From Oikopleura dioica (Eukaryota > Animalia > Chordata): a stretch of DNA of 64,000 nt. Below are positions 1 to 11,865 of this stretch, one piece after another. Location of the stretch: positions 7,130,001 to 7,194,000 of the forward strand of contig OU015567.1 in the NCBI GenBank assembly GCA_907165135.1. Reading direction: 5' to 3'. The translations under genes were made by a program, and so were the position numbers. The notes under the pieces were generated by a model. The model had not been told where the DNA came from. It was given only the letters and a program-made list of their open reading frames with translations, and did no database searches. How positions within the stretch are numbered: the first letter of the stretch is position 1; every line of letters begins with the position of its first letter.

Positions 1-684
1 GTAGTCCATTTGGTTCATCACGAAATCCTCGCAGAACTTCATCTTCTCTAAGAACAAGTTGTCACTTGGATTGTCCGGATCATTATAGGGCGAGGCAGTT
101 TGAATCCTATCGAAGAAATAGGGCTTTTGAAAGGACGAGAGGGTTTCTCCATTTTCTAGGCCTCTCGATCGCCGGTGAAGACGGTCGTGTTTTTCGTCGA
201 TTTCAGCTCTTATTATCAGTTTTTGCGTTTTCAGATAGGTGATCCGGCGTTTCAAATCATTGACGAATTTCTCTAGAGGTTTTTGTAAAAGCAAATTGTG
301 CTCCAATAAACTGTCGATTTTCTTTCTGTTGCTTTCTTCGGAGACGGGCGCGAGGTCTAGAGAATTTTTCTCAAGTCGTATTGAGAACTAGAACTTACCG
401 ATAAGCGTGTTGCTCAGATTATTCTTTGAGGGTCGAATTTTCATTGGAGAAGTGGGAGTGAGTTCTTCATCGTCATCTTCATCTTCCGGAAGTAAAATTT
501 CGTCCGGATTCGTTGGAAGATCAGGAGGTAGTTCGGGGTAAAAAAATTTGCCTTCTTCATTCGTCGGCATATTCTGGATGAGCTCATCAAGATCTGCCAG
601 GTCGCCCGCGTTGCTCGTTTGGATGGAGGGCTTCGTTGTCGACTCCATGATCTCAGAGAAGATCGAATCGAAGTCGTTCGTCAT
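1..684 (-). CDS. Unknown protein, 5' part (acidic/Pro-rich N-terminus, then coiled-coil-like exon); runs off the window
   Basis: ATG at 684 (MTNDFDSIFSEIM...), GTAAG donor at ~398, further open exon ...EKFVNDLKRRITYLK...FLEKMKFCEDFVMNQMDY to base 1. The middle splice junction is unresolved. Confidence 0.5.
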
Positions 685-781
685 TGTGCTTCTTGAATCA
701 AAGATGGGCGGATTTCGAGGAGGGAGAGGAGCGTTCCAGACTTCAGCTGACCGCGGGTCGAAAAAGTCGAATGGCTCATCA

Positions 782-3264
782 CTAGAAAGAAGATGCACTT
801 TCTGTTTCTTCCAATGTTAACAATCCACACCTGCTCTGGCCAAACTCGACATTGATTTTCGACATTCTAGCATCAGGCCTTCTTCTTTTTGCAGGAGGAT
901 TAACAAGGGTTTCATGGTCAGAAGCTTTCGAGGTAGAAGGTTTGTCTTTATTCATCGATTTCAAGAGTCTAAAAGCAAATAAAGAGTTAGAAGACAAAGA
1001 ACCGATTCCAGGGCAGTTAACGGTAACTGGAAGAAACTTGAGGGTCAGCAACTAATAATCAGTTAAATAAGAGGATATTACCAGTCCTCAAGATATTGAG
1101 CGCCTTTTGCCGGTCGCCCTTTTTCAAAAGAATATAAACAGCTAGCAGCACAGTTTTATGTGAAATGAGCTCGGGAGGAACTGCCTCGCGCACTTTAGCC
1201 AACTGGTCGCACGCTCGGTTGTAATCTCCATTTACACAGTAGGCTAAAATACAGTTTCTTTCTTTGACTGAAGACGAGGGAGGTACCTGCTGCAAGATTT
1301 GAACTAGCTAGAACTTTTGCTTGTTGAACTGAGGTTGGGCAAGTCATATTCATTGGATTCTGAGACCAGGAAAGGTCCATATTCATCCATTTCAGAGCGT
1401 CTTGTGCGTGAGAAATTGCTTGTTTGTAAACTTTGCAAGCTTCTGTTATTTCATTTAGTTCCATGAGTGCTTCGCCCTTTAGAAGATATTAAATTTTGAT
1501 TTAGAAGTTCAATTTCACCTTGTACATGTTCGCGAAGTAATTATACCCATGCTCTGGATATTTTTCAAGAGATTTGTTCGTAAAATTGACCGTTTCTGAA
1601 TATTTTCCAAGGCGCAGGCAAACAAAACCGAGTGTTACATAAATCATCGAATTCATTCGTTGCATCGCTTTCACTTCCTCCTGTGACATCCCAGGCGTTT
1701 TCATTGACGGACTGTAACTCAGCGCATTGTGCAAGCATTTGTAAGCGTAACAGTAGGAAAGCCGAGGGTTCGTATCTGGTTGATCGAGCTCGATTGTCTG
1801 TTGTTTGTGGTTTGCAATTGCTAAGCGGGCGCAACCTGAATTTTGAAGTTTTACACTGTAAAATTTACAGGGAAAGTAGAGGATGAACTGTACCTTCACC
1901 AATTTCTGTAATCACTTTTTCCTCTTCTTTAGCACTTTCGTGTTTATAAGCGATACAACATTCTGCCAATCTGTACCAGACTGAGGGTTGATCATACAAT
2001 GTTTCCGACGCCTTAATTTAATAGGACGAGGGTACTCTTCCATGATTTCCACGTACCTTCAAAAGAAGTCCAAAGGCCTCTTCACTTTTGCCATGATACA
2101 ATTTTGTTACCGCGATGTTCATAACTAGCCTCGCTCTCAGGTCCGTGCTGGGGCGGCCGTTCAGAAAGGGAAGTTGATGCTTACTAAATATTTTGTCCAA
2201 AAAGTCGACAAATTCGTCTTTACCAGAAGATTTCATCATGTTCTTCGAGTGCCTTTTGGAACGTCCCAGCGGCGAGAAGGTGTTTATGCATCCGATGGTA
2301 AATGATTCCAAGGTTGTTAAAATACATCGTTTTGCAGGACTCTCCAAGCTCCGAAGACTCCTGTCTTGATTCAACGATCGGCTCGGAGTTGAGTATCTTC
2401 ATCGCTTTTATGTCATTCCCGCGATTGATTTCGAACGCCGCTTTGGCAAAGATTGATAGATTTGTTGAAGACTTTGTAAGAGTCTTGATGTCTTTGGAAG
2501 ATGGCTGCTTTGGGCGCTCTTCTCCGATGCAACAGGGATAGAGATACGCTCGACAGTAACAGGCATTGATTCTTGTTCGCCATGTTTTTTGAAGTTCTGG
2601 TCTGAAGGAGTTAACACACATCTGATCTCAAAGTCAGAAACATGTACTTACGACCAGTTCTCTGCTCCGTTGACGATACTGCTCATATTCTCCAAAACAG
2701 TCAGTGCGGTCATCGGATCTCGTTGAGCTAGATGAGCGTCCGCAGCTAGATGGAGAATTTTCAGCTGAAATTCTTGAGACAAACTTGTCGAGTCAGATTC
2801 GACATCTTCTTCGAACAGCTCCAGTAAATTCTCAAGGATCAACAACGTGTCAGCGTATTTCTTTTGACGAAAAACCGTGACAGCTTTGTTGTACAAAAAG
2901 ACCGGGAACTTCTTGACAAGAGTTTTTTGATCGTAGCCGGACTCTTTCAAGCAAACAGAGTTCAACTAACATTGGATTGTCTTGATTCTTCCTTGATATC
3001 AATGATGAAAAATGATCAAATCCTTTCCTGTTTCATGTTGCTATCAAACTCGTCGCATTGTTCGAACCCTGCTTTTCTGAACTGGCAAAGCTGGATATTG
3101 CTAAGTATGCGCATATCGTTGGGTCGGAGTTTGGACAACTCATATAAATCATGCAGCGCTTTTTCTATGTCCCCAGCTTTGTAGTGTTTCCGACTGCTTT
3201 CTGCTAGCTCTTGCTCCTTTTCGGTATATACGATTGATTGGTTGTTGCTCGGCTTTTCGCCCAT
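782..3264 (-). CDS. CNOT10: CCR4-NOT complex subunit 10 (TPR-like), multi-exon
   Basis: Exons contain FLYNKAVTVFRQKKY, YFNNLGIIYHRMHKH, WYRLAECCI (~1960) and VLLAVYILLKKGDRQKAL, in CNOT10 order, separated by short GT-AG introns. Confidence 0.85.
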
Positions 3265-3617
3265 TCTGAACTTGTTTCAGAGGCAACAGTGATTTTCATT
3301 CATTAGTTTTATTTAGATATTTAATCAATATTAAGATATTAAAAAGGCAGGTTATCGAAGCAAAAGAATAGTAAAAAAGTCGTACACATGTTTGATTTGT
3401 TGAGAAATTGAAATTGAAGAAAAGCAAGCAAAAAGATAGAAGAAGTACGCTTGGCGAAGATAGAGAGAAAGGGATTCCAAGAGGAAGCGCGCGGGAAAAA
3501 GAGAGAAAGAGAGGGAGGGAGAGGGTTAAAGTTCAGTAGATTCGGCTATTTACGATACTTTGATAGAAGCGTTACTTTGCTTTGAGGTAATGAAAACAAG
3601 GGGACAGAAACAGGAGT

Positions 3618-6600
3618 TTATTGTTGTGAGCCAAAAACGTTAGCGATTTCGTCGTGCTCAACAATTGGCTCTTCATCATTATCCTCTCCGTTGACAGGAA
3701 TGTGATGAGGACGGACAAAAAGCTTTATCCTAGGCAATATGTATCGTTTTCCTGCAAAGACCAAGGCAATAATGAGGATTATGAAAATCAAGAAGGTAAA
3801 TAACATTCCGGCGCGACCAGTGGTTTCGTACGGCTCAAGGGTCCCGTCGTCTTCGGCGATATAAATAGAATGAATAATTAAGTGATTATCGTTGTGCGCT
3901 TTGATAAGGCCCTGTATCAGATCCTCGCGGAACTCGTCCTTGTCTCCCGTAAAGTCTTCCGATAGATGGGCGTAGATGTACATCAGTGTTAAGTTTCCCG
4001 AGAGTGAGTGGCTAACTGGCAAGATGTCGATGTCAGTTTCGAAATTGAAGTGGTATTTATTGACGAGCTCGTCGACCTTGTCATCCTCAAGCATTTTCGT
4101 CAGCAGCAACGTTTTGATGTATTCTTTGATTGCTTGGTACTCTTGATCGTGAGCGGGAGAAACTCTGAATGAAACACAGTCAATTGAATCCAAGGAAGGG
4201 AGGAACTTACATCGAGCTTTGAAAATGCACCTGAATCATCTGAAGATCAGGAGAAGTTTTCATTCGACACTGACTCGTCGTCGTCCCCAAAGTCGACCTT
4301 ACGCTTACTTGGACGTCTAATTGCAGATCCGCAGAGTAGCGATTAGGAAAAGTTACTAAATAATATTGAATCAGAGGAATACATGCATGACATACCATTA
4401 ATAAAAGGAGTGTTCTGCTCAGAAAAGCCTTCATTGTTTCTGAATCCATCTCCTGACCATGTGAAGGAAACAGGGCCACTAATCTGATCGAGTCCATGAA
4501 AATCCAACCAGTGACCATTTTCATCCGATACATGAACATTTAGCTCGTTGATAAATCCGACTTTTGTAAATCGAGGACAGTAGAGTAGCGCGTTCGAGAT
4601 TTTTTGCAAAACTAATGATTGAGCTTGCTTTTGGAAGATTAATTTCCTGATCACCTGTGAAAGATTCGGTGTTTTTGGATAACTCGTCGCTCACGTGGAT
4701 AGTGTATTTGCCAAAAGGGAGGTCTTTGTACACAAACTTGTCCGTCGTCTTATTAGCAATTACCTTCTGTTCGTCTTCGGAAAATAATGTCCACTGAAAC
4801 GGAGGAGTACCGCAGGAATCAAGCAGCTCTGCAGAAAATGCAAGTGGTCCCTCGAGGAAAACCTTCCCTCCAATATCTATTTTGGACTTTTTACAATCGT
4901 CGTTTCCTGAAACCGTTAGCATGAAATATCCATTCGTGTAATCTACCTGATGCCCACGAAAATTCCGTGCCGCATAGATTTCCAGGGGCTTTGATCGGCA
5001 GCAACGACGATTTACGAAGATAGCCGTTGTAGTCTTTCAAATAGCTGCAACGATGGTCCTCGACTACCTTGAGATTGTTTTGGCAGAAGTAATCATTCAT
5101 TGAACAAGATTTACAAGGCTTCTGCATTGATTTTTCTTTGGATGATTTCTCAAACGACTCAGAATTGTAGCAACTGTAATTGATTGACAAAATGCTCTAC
5201 AGACTGCGATATTGAGTCTTAAGACTAAAAGATAAGACTTAAGGGACCTGGGCGAGCAGCGCTGAGCCAAACTTCACGCGCTCGCCGTTCTTGTTAGAAA
5301 TAAGATTTTTGAAATTTCTTTTGTAAATTATATCTCCAAATCCTCAGCTTTCTGTTCCAATTCTTAGTTTTTCTCTATCATTCTTGGTTGATGAGCTAGC
5401 GAGAAAAGAGAAGCCCAACTTCAAAAGGCATCAAGTCTTGCAAACTTAATTTTTCTTCATAAAATTAGCACCATTGAAAAGCGCGTTAAATTCTGAACAG
5501 ATCCCACTCCATCAGCTTAACTAAATGGGTACTCATTGGCGTGTAAGGCCAGATAAACAAGATAACTTAGCGCCCGCCCAGCGGGAATCATGTCCAGGAA
5601 GCCCAAAATAGCTAAATCGGAGCGTCCAGCCGTGCCGCGACCAGCTGCCCGCGCTAAGTAGTTCTCTTTATCTGGCCTTACACGCCAATGAGTACCGATT
5701 TAGTTAAGCTGATGGAGTGGGATCTGTTCAGAATTGAACGCTCTTTTCAATGGTGCTAATTTTATGAAGAAAAAATTAAGTTTGCAAGACTTGATGCCTT
5801 TTGAAGTCGGGCTTCTCTTTTTTTCGCTAGCTCATCAACCAAGAATGATAGAGAAAAACTAAGAATTGGAACAGAAAGCTGAGGATTTGGAGATATAATT
5901 TACAAAAAGAAATTTCAAAAATCTTATTTCTATCAAGAACGGCGAGCGCGTGAAGTTTGGCTCAGCGCTGCTCGCCCAGGTCCCTTAAAACTAAAGTTTT
6001 TCAACCGTAACTTGACAAGGGTTTCTTTCTCCAGTATGAAATCTCCGCTCCAATCGTATTTTTATCATCGCAGTTTGAGTATACCCACGACTCGTAGTCG
6101 CTCTCCTTGCAGTACTCATACAAATGAGCAATGTTGATCGAAATCGTGACCCATTGATGATTACCGTTATGGGCAAATACGATAAATTCTTCAGCGCCTT
6201 CTCCTTTTGTCCAAATCGCATCTAACGAAGATTCGGAGATTTAGAGATAAACTCAAGAAAGAATCCTTACCAGAGACAATAGGCTCAGTCGACATTTGAA
6301 TCGTCTTCCAATTTTGTCCATCATCAACGGTATAATACAGCTCAATTGACTTCTCAGGAATCACGACTAAAATCGACCCATAATCGAGAAAAGCGTGAAG
6401 ACTTCGTGTATTCTCCAATTTTCCCGGAAAAGAAGGACTCTTCCATGTCTTCCCAGCATCGTTTGTTATAAACAAATTAAGCTTATCGCTCAGTTGCGGG
6501 CCCACAGAGCCCATAGCCAGGACAAATCCTGGCATGAGCTTTTTCGAAATGACTGTTGGAACATAAACTCCCGTGGATAGGTACGCATCTTCTAAGTGAA

Positions 6601-8035
6601 TGTTCAAAGTATCTCCCTCTGCTATTTCTTCAGTTGACAGAGGCTGGGAAAGTACTGACCAGCTTTTTCCTCCATTCCATGTGATCACCGATTGATAACG
6701 ATCATCATAGTAATGATTCGCCAAAAAGCACCCTCTCAACCCTTTCACTTGATGAATATCAGCGTTGAAAACATTTGGTTGGATCGAAACACTCATGCAA
6801 CCCGTCGCTACTCGATCAAAAAACTTCACGTCCGTCAATGACTCGCGGAACTGCACACCATTCTCGTCAGAAACGTACAAATTACAAATACCACTGGCGT
6901 GCTTGACAGCGAGAAGAATGAAGTTTTGGTCCGTGGAGATAATGTGAAAATCTTCATGAGAAACTTCAGCAGGAAAAGATGTGCGTTGGAAAGGCAGACG
7001 ATTTTGGGAGACATGGAGGAGAGAGACATAGTTCATCCGACTTTCAAAGAATAAGAAGCCATTCTCGCTTCTGAAAGATCCTTCCGCCATATCATTTTTC
7101 TTCGAATATTCTCGCAGCGCTTCATATTCTTCTCCAGCTGAAGAGCAATCTGGCACCAAGCACGAAACAACCTCGTAGTTTCGCAAATAGTTTTTGATCG
7201 AAAATCGCTCAAAATGAACAACTCGTTCCCAATTCTTCACCGATGCTTCTTCGCCAGTGATTGTTTCGTACTTTTCGTCGCCCCAGTAGACTTTTTGCGG
7301 ACTAACAGAGTCCGAAAGCTTATCCAGCGTCTCTCCGAAATCCCGAGATACCCACAGCGTCATTTTCGAAAAATCCTGCAATAGAAACCAATCAACTTGA
7401 CTTGGGTGAAAAGTGATGCTGCTCGCAGTAACTCCAGGAGGGAGAATTATCTCCTTCATCGTTTTCATTCCATCTTTAGAAACGAAAATAGCTCGTTCAT
7501 CCCTTTTCGTCTCCGGTGCTTCGAGAAAAACCAACCGGTCTCGATCGACATCGCTCCCTTGCATGAGACTTATGATCACATTTTCGCCAAATTTCGCGCT
7601 CTCGTCAGTCCAGGACTTTCCAGAATCAGTTGATGTCCAATACGAAAATTTCGTACTAACAGTTCCCTGCAACAAGATTATTCAAACAAGAAAACGCGGA
7701 AAAATTTACCTCGCAATTTCGAAAGAATAAATGAAAAGAATCAGAAGTGTCGCGAATAAAAGCCTGGTGCATGTCTTTTAGATGCGAGGGAAAGGTCTTT
7801 TGAGTGACATAATCGGGAATAGTGACAGTTTCGATACCCCTTCTACTTCTGATAACATTTTCAGCTGGGGAAAATGGCAATTTCTGAAGACAAAATTAGC
7901 CGAGTCTTCGATTGATAAATGTCTTACCTGAATAAGAGCACCAGAATCAGAATTTCCAGTCACAAAAAGAGCATTTTGGAAAGTCGTTTCGGCAAGAAGA
8001 AGCAACCAAGATATGTACAAAAACGGCGACGTCAT
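3618..8035 (-). CDS. VPS10P-domain sorting receptor (sortilin/SorCS-like), type I membrane protein, multi-exon
   Basis: Signal peptide at ATG 8035, furin-like RSRR site, BNR/Asp-box repeats (STDSGKSW, SRDFGET, TWNGGKSW, TNDAGKTW, TVDDGQNW), Cys-rich 10CC-like module (PCKSC..DYFC..GYLR..PGNLC), PKD-like beta domain, TM helix (MLFTFLIFIILIIALVFAG) and acidic tail ending at 3618. Confidence 0.85.
5243..5984. mobile_element. Non-autonomous foldback DNA transposon (~330-bp inverted arms, TTAA target duplication, GG...CC termini; Kolobok-like) inside an intron of the VPS10 gene
   Basis: TTAA at 5239-5242 and 5985-5988. Left arm GGGACCTGGGCGAGCAGCGCTGAGCC... is a near-perfect reverse complement of the right arm, around an ~80-bp spacer. 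Confidence 0.9.
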
Positions 8036-8198
8036 GATTCAGGTTCTTCTTTAGGATTTCAATAAATTCATCACAAATTTATTCTAAAAGGAACAATTTC
8101 AAGTGAACCCTCTGTTTCACCGTCTATAGATTAATGCTATAGCATCAGTAAATTTCAATCAGAACGAATCAAGAGCAGTCAGAGTTAGAATTAGTCTT

Positions 8199-8969
8199 TT
8201 AAATATCCATGGAGTCGTCATCAAGCTTGACAAGCGATGGCTTCTCTCCTGGCTTGAATGCCGGCTGGCCGAGGTAGGGGCAGCTAGCGCATCGGAAAGC
8301 ATCGCCAAGGTAGCAAGACCCACAGGCAGATTTGGGATTTTCACGCTGTTCCACTGATAAGGCGTCGTTTTTCGCGATTTCTTCCGCTACAAAAACTTTC
8401 TTTATTCCATTTTGAGAATCGCTACAGCCGTCTCTTCTTATAGCGAAAATTTTCCATCATGCCTTTCATTGGCTAGCTCATGATTATCCAATCATGAGGC
8501 TTGATGGAAATATGCGCTAAAGAGAAAAGCCTCTGTAGAAAACTCAAATTTACCTAATCCACAAGTGCAATTCGCGCAAGCTCTCTTTTCTTATCTTTTC
8601 CAGTTCCGCAATCTGCCTTCAAGTCCTTCTCATCCGGCTTCGCCAAATCTTCAGATCGTAAAAGAGACGCTCCATCGATCGTATTCTTATCATCGAGCGT
8701 CACTGCACTTCCCAAATTGTACTAATCGTAATAATAATTGAATAAAGCAATCAGAAATTAATTCTTACGTTTGGTTTCGAGGCAGTTATTTGATTTCCGC
8801 CGCTTTCGCTAATTTTTACGAAGCCACTCAATGTCAGATTTAGTGTCAAAGTGGCCGCGGCGCCGTCGGGAATGTTGGTGATGGTGACGGATTCGCCTGA
8901 GGCGAGTGTTTTGAAGACGGACGAGAGGGATTCGATCGTGTTGTTGGTGGAATAATCGAGGGAGGACAT
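8199..8969 (-). CDS. CIAPIN1: Anamorsin / Dre2 Fe-S assembly protein (3 exons; apparent 1-nt frameshift near 8586-8589)
   Basis: [28 protein letters not shown] and [32 protein letters not shown] signature motifs. Not recovered by the ORF track. Confidence 0.9.
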
Positions 8970-10168
8970 TTTCTTTCTGAAATAAAATGAGGTTAGTCTT
9001 GTAATTTGTGATTAATTTGGGGCACCATAACTTATGGTCCATAAGTAAACAGATATTTGGAGTTTTACATTGATCTCGAATCTCTAACTTTCACTAAATA
9101 AAATGAATCGATACTGAAAAAATTAGGACGAGGTATGCCGAAGCAGTTACAGTTTATGACAACTACAGCGAACCTATGGAAAATTCAAATCCCTTCTAAT
9201 ACTTATCTGTTTTAATAATTATTCTGTTCAAAAAATAAAAATGATAGCATGTCTATCATATACAGTTTACTCGCACATTTTGGACCTTTTTTGTTTTGCA
9301 GATTTCTCGAAAAAGGGCCGAATTGTGCGGGTCCGAAATTCGGATTAACTTGCTGCTCCTTCAAAAAAGATGAATTTTGGAGCCCTAAAATGTTAAAATC
9401 TCACTATTTTCGTCAATTATCCCCGTAAATTCTACGTGTTAATCAAAAAGAGTAAGAAATAGCATTTCTGTCGTAAATATATCTTACAAAATACGTTTGA
9501 GCAAGGAAAATTGAGTGAAATTCACATAGATGGCTAATTGAGCGATTTTCATTAATTTTCGCGAAATTCGAAAAAAGGGCCGAATTGTGCGGGTCCAAAT
9601 TGTGCGAGTCGTCTGTAACGTAAAATTCTAGAATAAAAAATATTGTTATCAAAGTGCAAATCAGATCCTCGTTTCTTCTCTCTTTCTTCAAAATTGATCT
9701 CTTTACTACGCGAGGTGAGTAATTTTCAAAAATGAGAAACGCGGTGACTCATATTTTCTCTCAATTCAGCTCGATTATAAATTGCACATTTCCTTCCAAT
9801 CGTTACGTAAAGACCATTTAATTCTAGAGATATGAGATCGAAAGAAAAACGATAGTTGCTGTGAAAACGAAGAAGAACGAAGAAGATGATTTTGAAACTT
9901 GGGAAATTCGCGGCGAAAAGAAGAAGTCTCCGAAATTTCGCGGTTTCAAGTGGCGATTTTGCGAGAGGAAGGGTTGAGAAGACGCCTGTTTATGTGGATA
10001 ATCCCTTTCTTCCGGCGAAGAAAACAGGTTTGTGCGAATTTTTGGTGAAAATTGAAATCGAATTTGGTCAAAAAATAGAATCAATTTTGAACGTATATTA
10101 GTCAAATTTCAGATTAAAAATTAAGTCAACATTTTCGTCTTTTTAGCCAGATTTTAGTCGCAATTTTG
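8970..10168. promoter_or_regulatory. Probable bidirectional promoter between two divergent gene clusters
   Basis: AT-rich, no convincing ORF, lies between the head-to-head starts of CIAPIN1 (8969, minus) and the ORF at 10169 (plus). Confidence 0.4.
9311..9596 (+). repeat. 24-bp perfect direct repeat, two copies
   Basis: AAAAGGGCCGAATTGTGCGGGTCC at 9311-9334 and 9573-9596. Confidence 0.85.
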
Positions 10169-11083
10169 ATGCGGATTTCAGATTCAACGCGAATAACGCC
10201 TTCGAACCGAGAAAAACTGAACCAATGGAGCGCGGAAGTCGACAAAATTGAGCTGAAAATGGCGAAGCTCCAGGCGGTAGAAGTTGCTCAACTGTTGAAC
10301 AAAGAAATCCTCCGCCAAGCAGCTGTTTCTTTCGAGCCCCCGAAAATGTCCGAAAAAGAGCTCAAACGAATCGCAGGTACAATTTCTACCCCTCTCCTTT
10401 TCCAAAAAATTAAAGAATTGACTTCAAGATGAGGCGAGAAGTTTGTATTTCTGGACAGTTGAGAAGCACTTTTTCGCGCTGCTAGAATCGACCGCGAGAA
10501 TCAGCGAAAAATGCTATCAATATCAGCTTACTGGAAATGGAAACAGCAACTTGGCGAACAAATATGCTTATTCTTCTAGCGTTGTCAGAGCAAGATGGAA
10601 TTATAAAGGTAATAATTTTTTTCAATCTATTTTTCTGGATCTTTATTATATTTTTCAGATCAAAGCACTCCCTTTTTCGGAAGCTATTTCGACAACGTCA
10701 TGATCCGTGTTACCTCAATTTGGATTTCTTCACAGTGTGGCTCTCTTTTCGTCCATTTCTGTCCGACCTTTCGCATTTCGCTTGTTCTACAAATAACCCA
10801 CGAAGCTTCTTCAATATGTCAAGTATCTTCAGGCGATCAAGAGTTTAACCAAAACCAGAATTTACCTTCATTCATTTCAAATCAGGATGTTTATCTTATC
10901 AAAGTTCCTCTCACCAAGTCCAGCTACCTAAGTTTATATGCACATGTAAGTCAGAAAAATAGGGTGGTTAAAAGCCCCCCCCTCCCTCGGGGTGGAAGCA
11001 AAGGAACCCCTCCCGACCCCGCTTTTTGCCTCCCTAGCCCCCCATCTTGTAAATATCTGAATAATTCAGGTCCGAAAAGATGA
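10169..11083 (+). CDS. Unknown protein (multi-exon; 3' end uncertain)
   Basis: ATG 10169. Phase-compatible introns ~10378-10428 and ~10610-10658 give ...KELKRIADEARSLYFWTVEKHFF...RWNYKDQSTPFFG... No recognised family. Confidence 0.45.
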
Positions 11084-11255
11084 TATTGAAAAAGATGAAC
11101 ATTCAATTTGGCAGTCGAATCCTGTAACACATTCTATTCTTACCTCTCTTTCTTCTTAAAACAATCATTTTTCAATTTTTTCTACTGAATTCAAAATCCT
11201 CAAAATTCATCGAACCCTATTCTAAAATCTCCCCCTTTTAGACCAAAAGGCAAAA

Positions 11256-11704
11256 ATGGCGGAGCACGGAGCCGCCCTGCAAACTTACAACAACGAGCTA
11301 GTGAAGTGCATCGAGGACTTGAATCAAAGACGGGATGAAGTTTCGAAGGAAATCAAACTTGACGAGAGCGAGAAGGAAAAACTCGAGCATGATATTGCGA
11401 TCCTCCACGAACGGCTTCAGAAAGTCAACACTTCGCTCGCCAGGAAGATTCAAATTAGAGATGAATACGGAACGGCTTTCAAGTTATAATTACGAGGCCG
11501 AGAAAAGAGGGGGCTTCTCCCCCTACCCCCTTCCTCGGTCTTCAACCTCAGTTAGGCTCTAAAATTTGAAAGCCCTCGAAAGACCAGACAATTGCGGAAA
11601 CCGAAGGCGCCTACTCCAAAATCCTGGAAACATCTCAGACCCTGTTGAACAGCGTAAAAATGCAGATGACGCACAAATCGCCAAAGAAAGACTTCAAAGC
11701 ATAA
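11256..11704 (+). CDS. SSNA1: SSNA1 / NA14 centrosomal coiled-coil protein (2 exons, GA-AG intron 11470-11582)
   Basis: GAALQTYNNELVKCIEDL ... RDEY|DQTIAETEGAYSKILETSQTLL is colinear with SSNA1 as I recall it. Confidence 0.92.
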
Positions 11705-11865
11705 TTTCTATTACACAATCCATTCCTACTCCTTTCTCCTTGCGAATGTTTTATTTTCTCCTTCAAATTACATTTTTTCTATTTTATATAACTTACTACC
11801 AATTTTAATAAAATAAAAGATGATTTTTTATTTCTTTCCTTTCTTTCATTGTTTGCCGCGCTAGA

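Noticed and set aside
3618-5190. Separate membrane-protein gene downstream of the VPS10 ORF
   Set aside because: These exons supply the 10CC, PKD-like, TM and tail parts missing from the VPS10 ORF. The gap is an intron holding the foldback element.
8449-8510. Short imperfect hairpin in a CIAPIN1 intron
   Set aside because: About 20-bp arms with several mismatches, no TSD and no second copy in the window.
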